64,000 nt of DNA from an uncultured Mycoplasmatota bacterium (GTDB taxonomy: Bacteria; Bacillota_I; Bacilli_A; RF39; UBA660): NCBI GenBank assembly GCA_900547775.1, contig URHW01000004.1, positions 4,806-68,805 on the forward strand. The letters are read 5' to 3'. Positions 63,240 to 64,000 of the stretch are shown here, piece by piece. The notes under the pieces were generated by a model that saw only the letters and a list, made by a program, of their open reading frames with translations, did not search any database and was not told the origin of the DNA. Every line of letters starts with the position of its first letter. Position 1 is the stretch's first letter. The translations under genes were made by a program, and so were the position numbers.

Positions 63240-64000
63240 TTATTGTACTACATATGGTTCTTCTGAAGTACCAGAACCGATTACTGTAATTGATGGTGAC
63301 AAACTTATTGCTGGGCGTACTCCGATTTCGTCACTCACACTATCATTAAGCAACATGCCGTCAATAACAAGCCAAACGCATGGCATATTTCCCAAATCAG
63401 AATCAGGAGACAACAGCCACCAATAATCATCAGTAGCATTTTCTTGTAAATAAGAACCAGCTCCAATTAAATTATATGCGTACCCAGCAAATGCTACCTC
63501 ATCTGCGGACAATAAACCTATCTTTGTTGTTACTTTACTTAAAGTACCATTACATTTCAAACTCGGACCAGTACCACCAGTACTACCACCACCATTAACT
63601 AATCGTTTAGTGGGATTATAATAAGTTACATTTTCACCATAACCCAAACCAGTTGGATTCCAACCCCATGGATCATATGTCAAATCTGTCACAATACTTT
63701 TATCATTACACCATACCGTGTCAGCAATTTTACTTTCATAAGTTAATAAATTATTATTATACCATTTTTCTAAACTGGTAAGTATCGTACTTTTATTTAT
63801 GTTTTCATGAGTTTCAGCGTAACTAGTAGAGTATGGCGTTCCATACATAAAGCCTATGCCAGCATTATCATCAGAGATTTCATTAAATTGACTTACATAT
63901 GAAGTTCCAGAATATCTTGCAAACGCTGAAGTTGTACTATTACTAGAAGAAGAGCACGGGTTTGAAACATTTGAAGTATTATCATTATGAAGCACTAATT
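63240..64000 (-). CDS. Paralog 5 (C-terminal part; gene continues beyond window) of the hypervariable surface protein family
   Basis: Shares the LHNDN..NPC..AAFARYS core. The C-terminal cassette is degenerate (WLLSP, MPCVWLVIDGMLLND). Confidence 0.65.
   Translation of the reverse strand, partial: LVLHNDNTSNVSNPCSSSSNSTTSAFARYSGTSYVSQFNEISDDNAGIGFMYGTPYSTSYAETHENINKSTILTSLEKWYNNNLLTYESKIADTVWCNDKSIVTDLTYDPWGWNPTGLGYGENVTYYNPTKRLVNGGGSTGGTGPSLKCNGTLSKVTTKIGLLSADEVAFAGYAYNLIGAGSYLQENATDDYWWLLSPDSDLGNMPCVWLVIDGMLLNDSVSDEIGVRPAISLSPSITVIGSGTSEEPYVVQ

Noticed and set aside
1-64000. Reverse transcriptase, Avd or template repeat of a DGR inside the window
   Set aside because: None of the ORF translations carries RT motifs (YxDD etc.). 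I saw no A-rich copy of the cassette in the intergenic regions. The element, if present, must be elsewhere.

Overview
This is an AT-rich window (roughly 28-30% GC) from a low-GC Firmicutes-type chromosome read with the standard genetic code. Spore-former markers are present (Cse60, CotF-like, SpmA-like and SpoVB/MurJ-like proteins). Almost all genes lie on the minus strand.

Housekeeping content: tyrS, leuS and ileS each sit behind a T-box leader. Also present are rpsD with a consensus sigma-A promoter, tdk, tmk, trmB, a tRNA-Thr, a PBP5-type DD-carboxypeptidase, an ABC transporter, LtaS, an HD dGTPase-like protein, a YbaK deacylase and a GH31 glycosidase.

The accessory content is the striking part. 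Five paralogous membrane-anchored surface-protein genes occur in 64 kb (1704-3578, 9959-11542, 19816-21687, 47756-49045, and 63240 to the window edge). Their C-terminal roughly 35 codons form a hypervariable cassette between conserved flanks (YWWSLSP ... G[VL]RP[SA]ISL). In three copies this cassette is 55-60% GC and dominated by NNC codons, while GCT/GTT/TGG/TTC codons stay invariant. Substitutions between copies fall on first and second codon positions. This is the footprint of adenine-specific mutagenic retrohoming by a diversity-generating retroelement acting on a C-type-lectin/DUF1566-like C-terminal domain. No reverse transcriptase, Avd or template repeat is visible in the window, so the element would act in trans. 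The other two copies look ameliorated or inactive.

Two of these genes sit directly upstream of prepilin-type (class III signal) gene clusters. One cluster encodes a 1343-aa pilin-like protein with BspA-type leucine-rich repeats and has a lytic transglycosylase at its upstream end. No PilB/PilC/PilD is in view.

Other notable items: an RloB-like plus AAA_21 ATPase candidate defence pair; an AlbA_2/HATPase regulator; a phased A-tract tandem repeat upstream of one paralog; a lipoprotein pseudogene with TGA at the lipobox cysteine; and a T8 homopolymer that breaks a small ORF.
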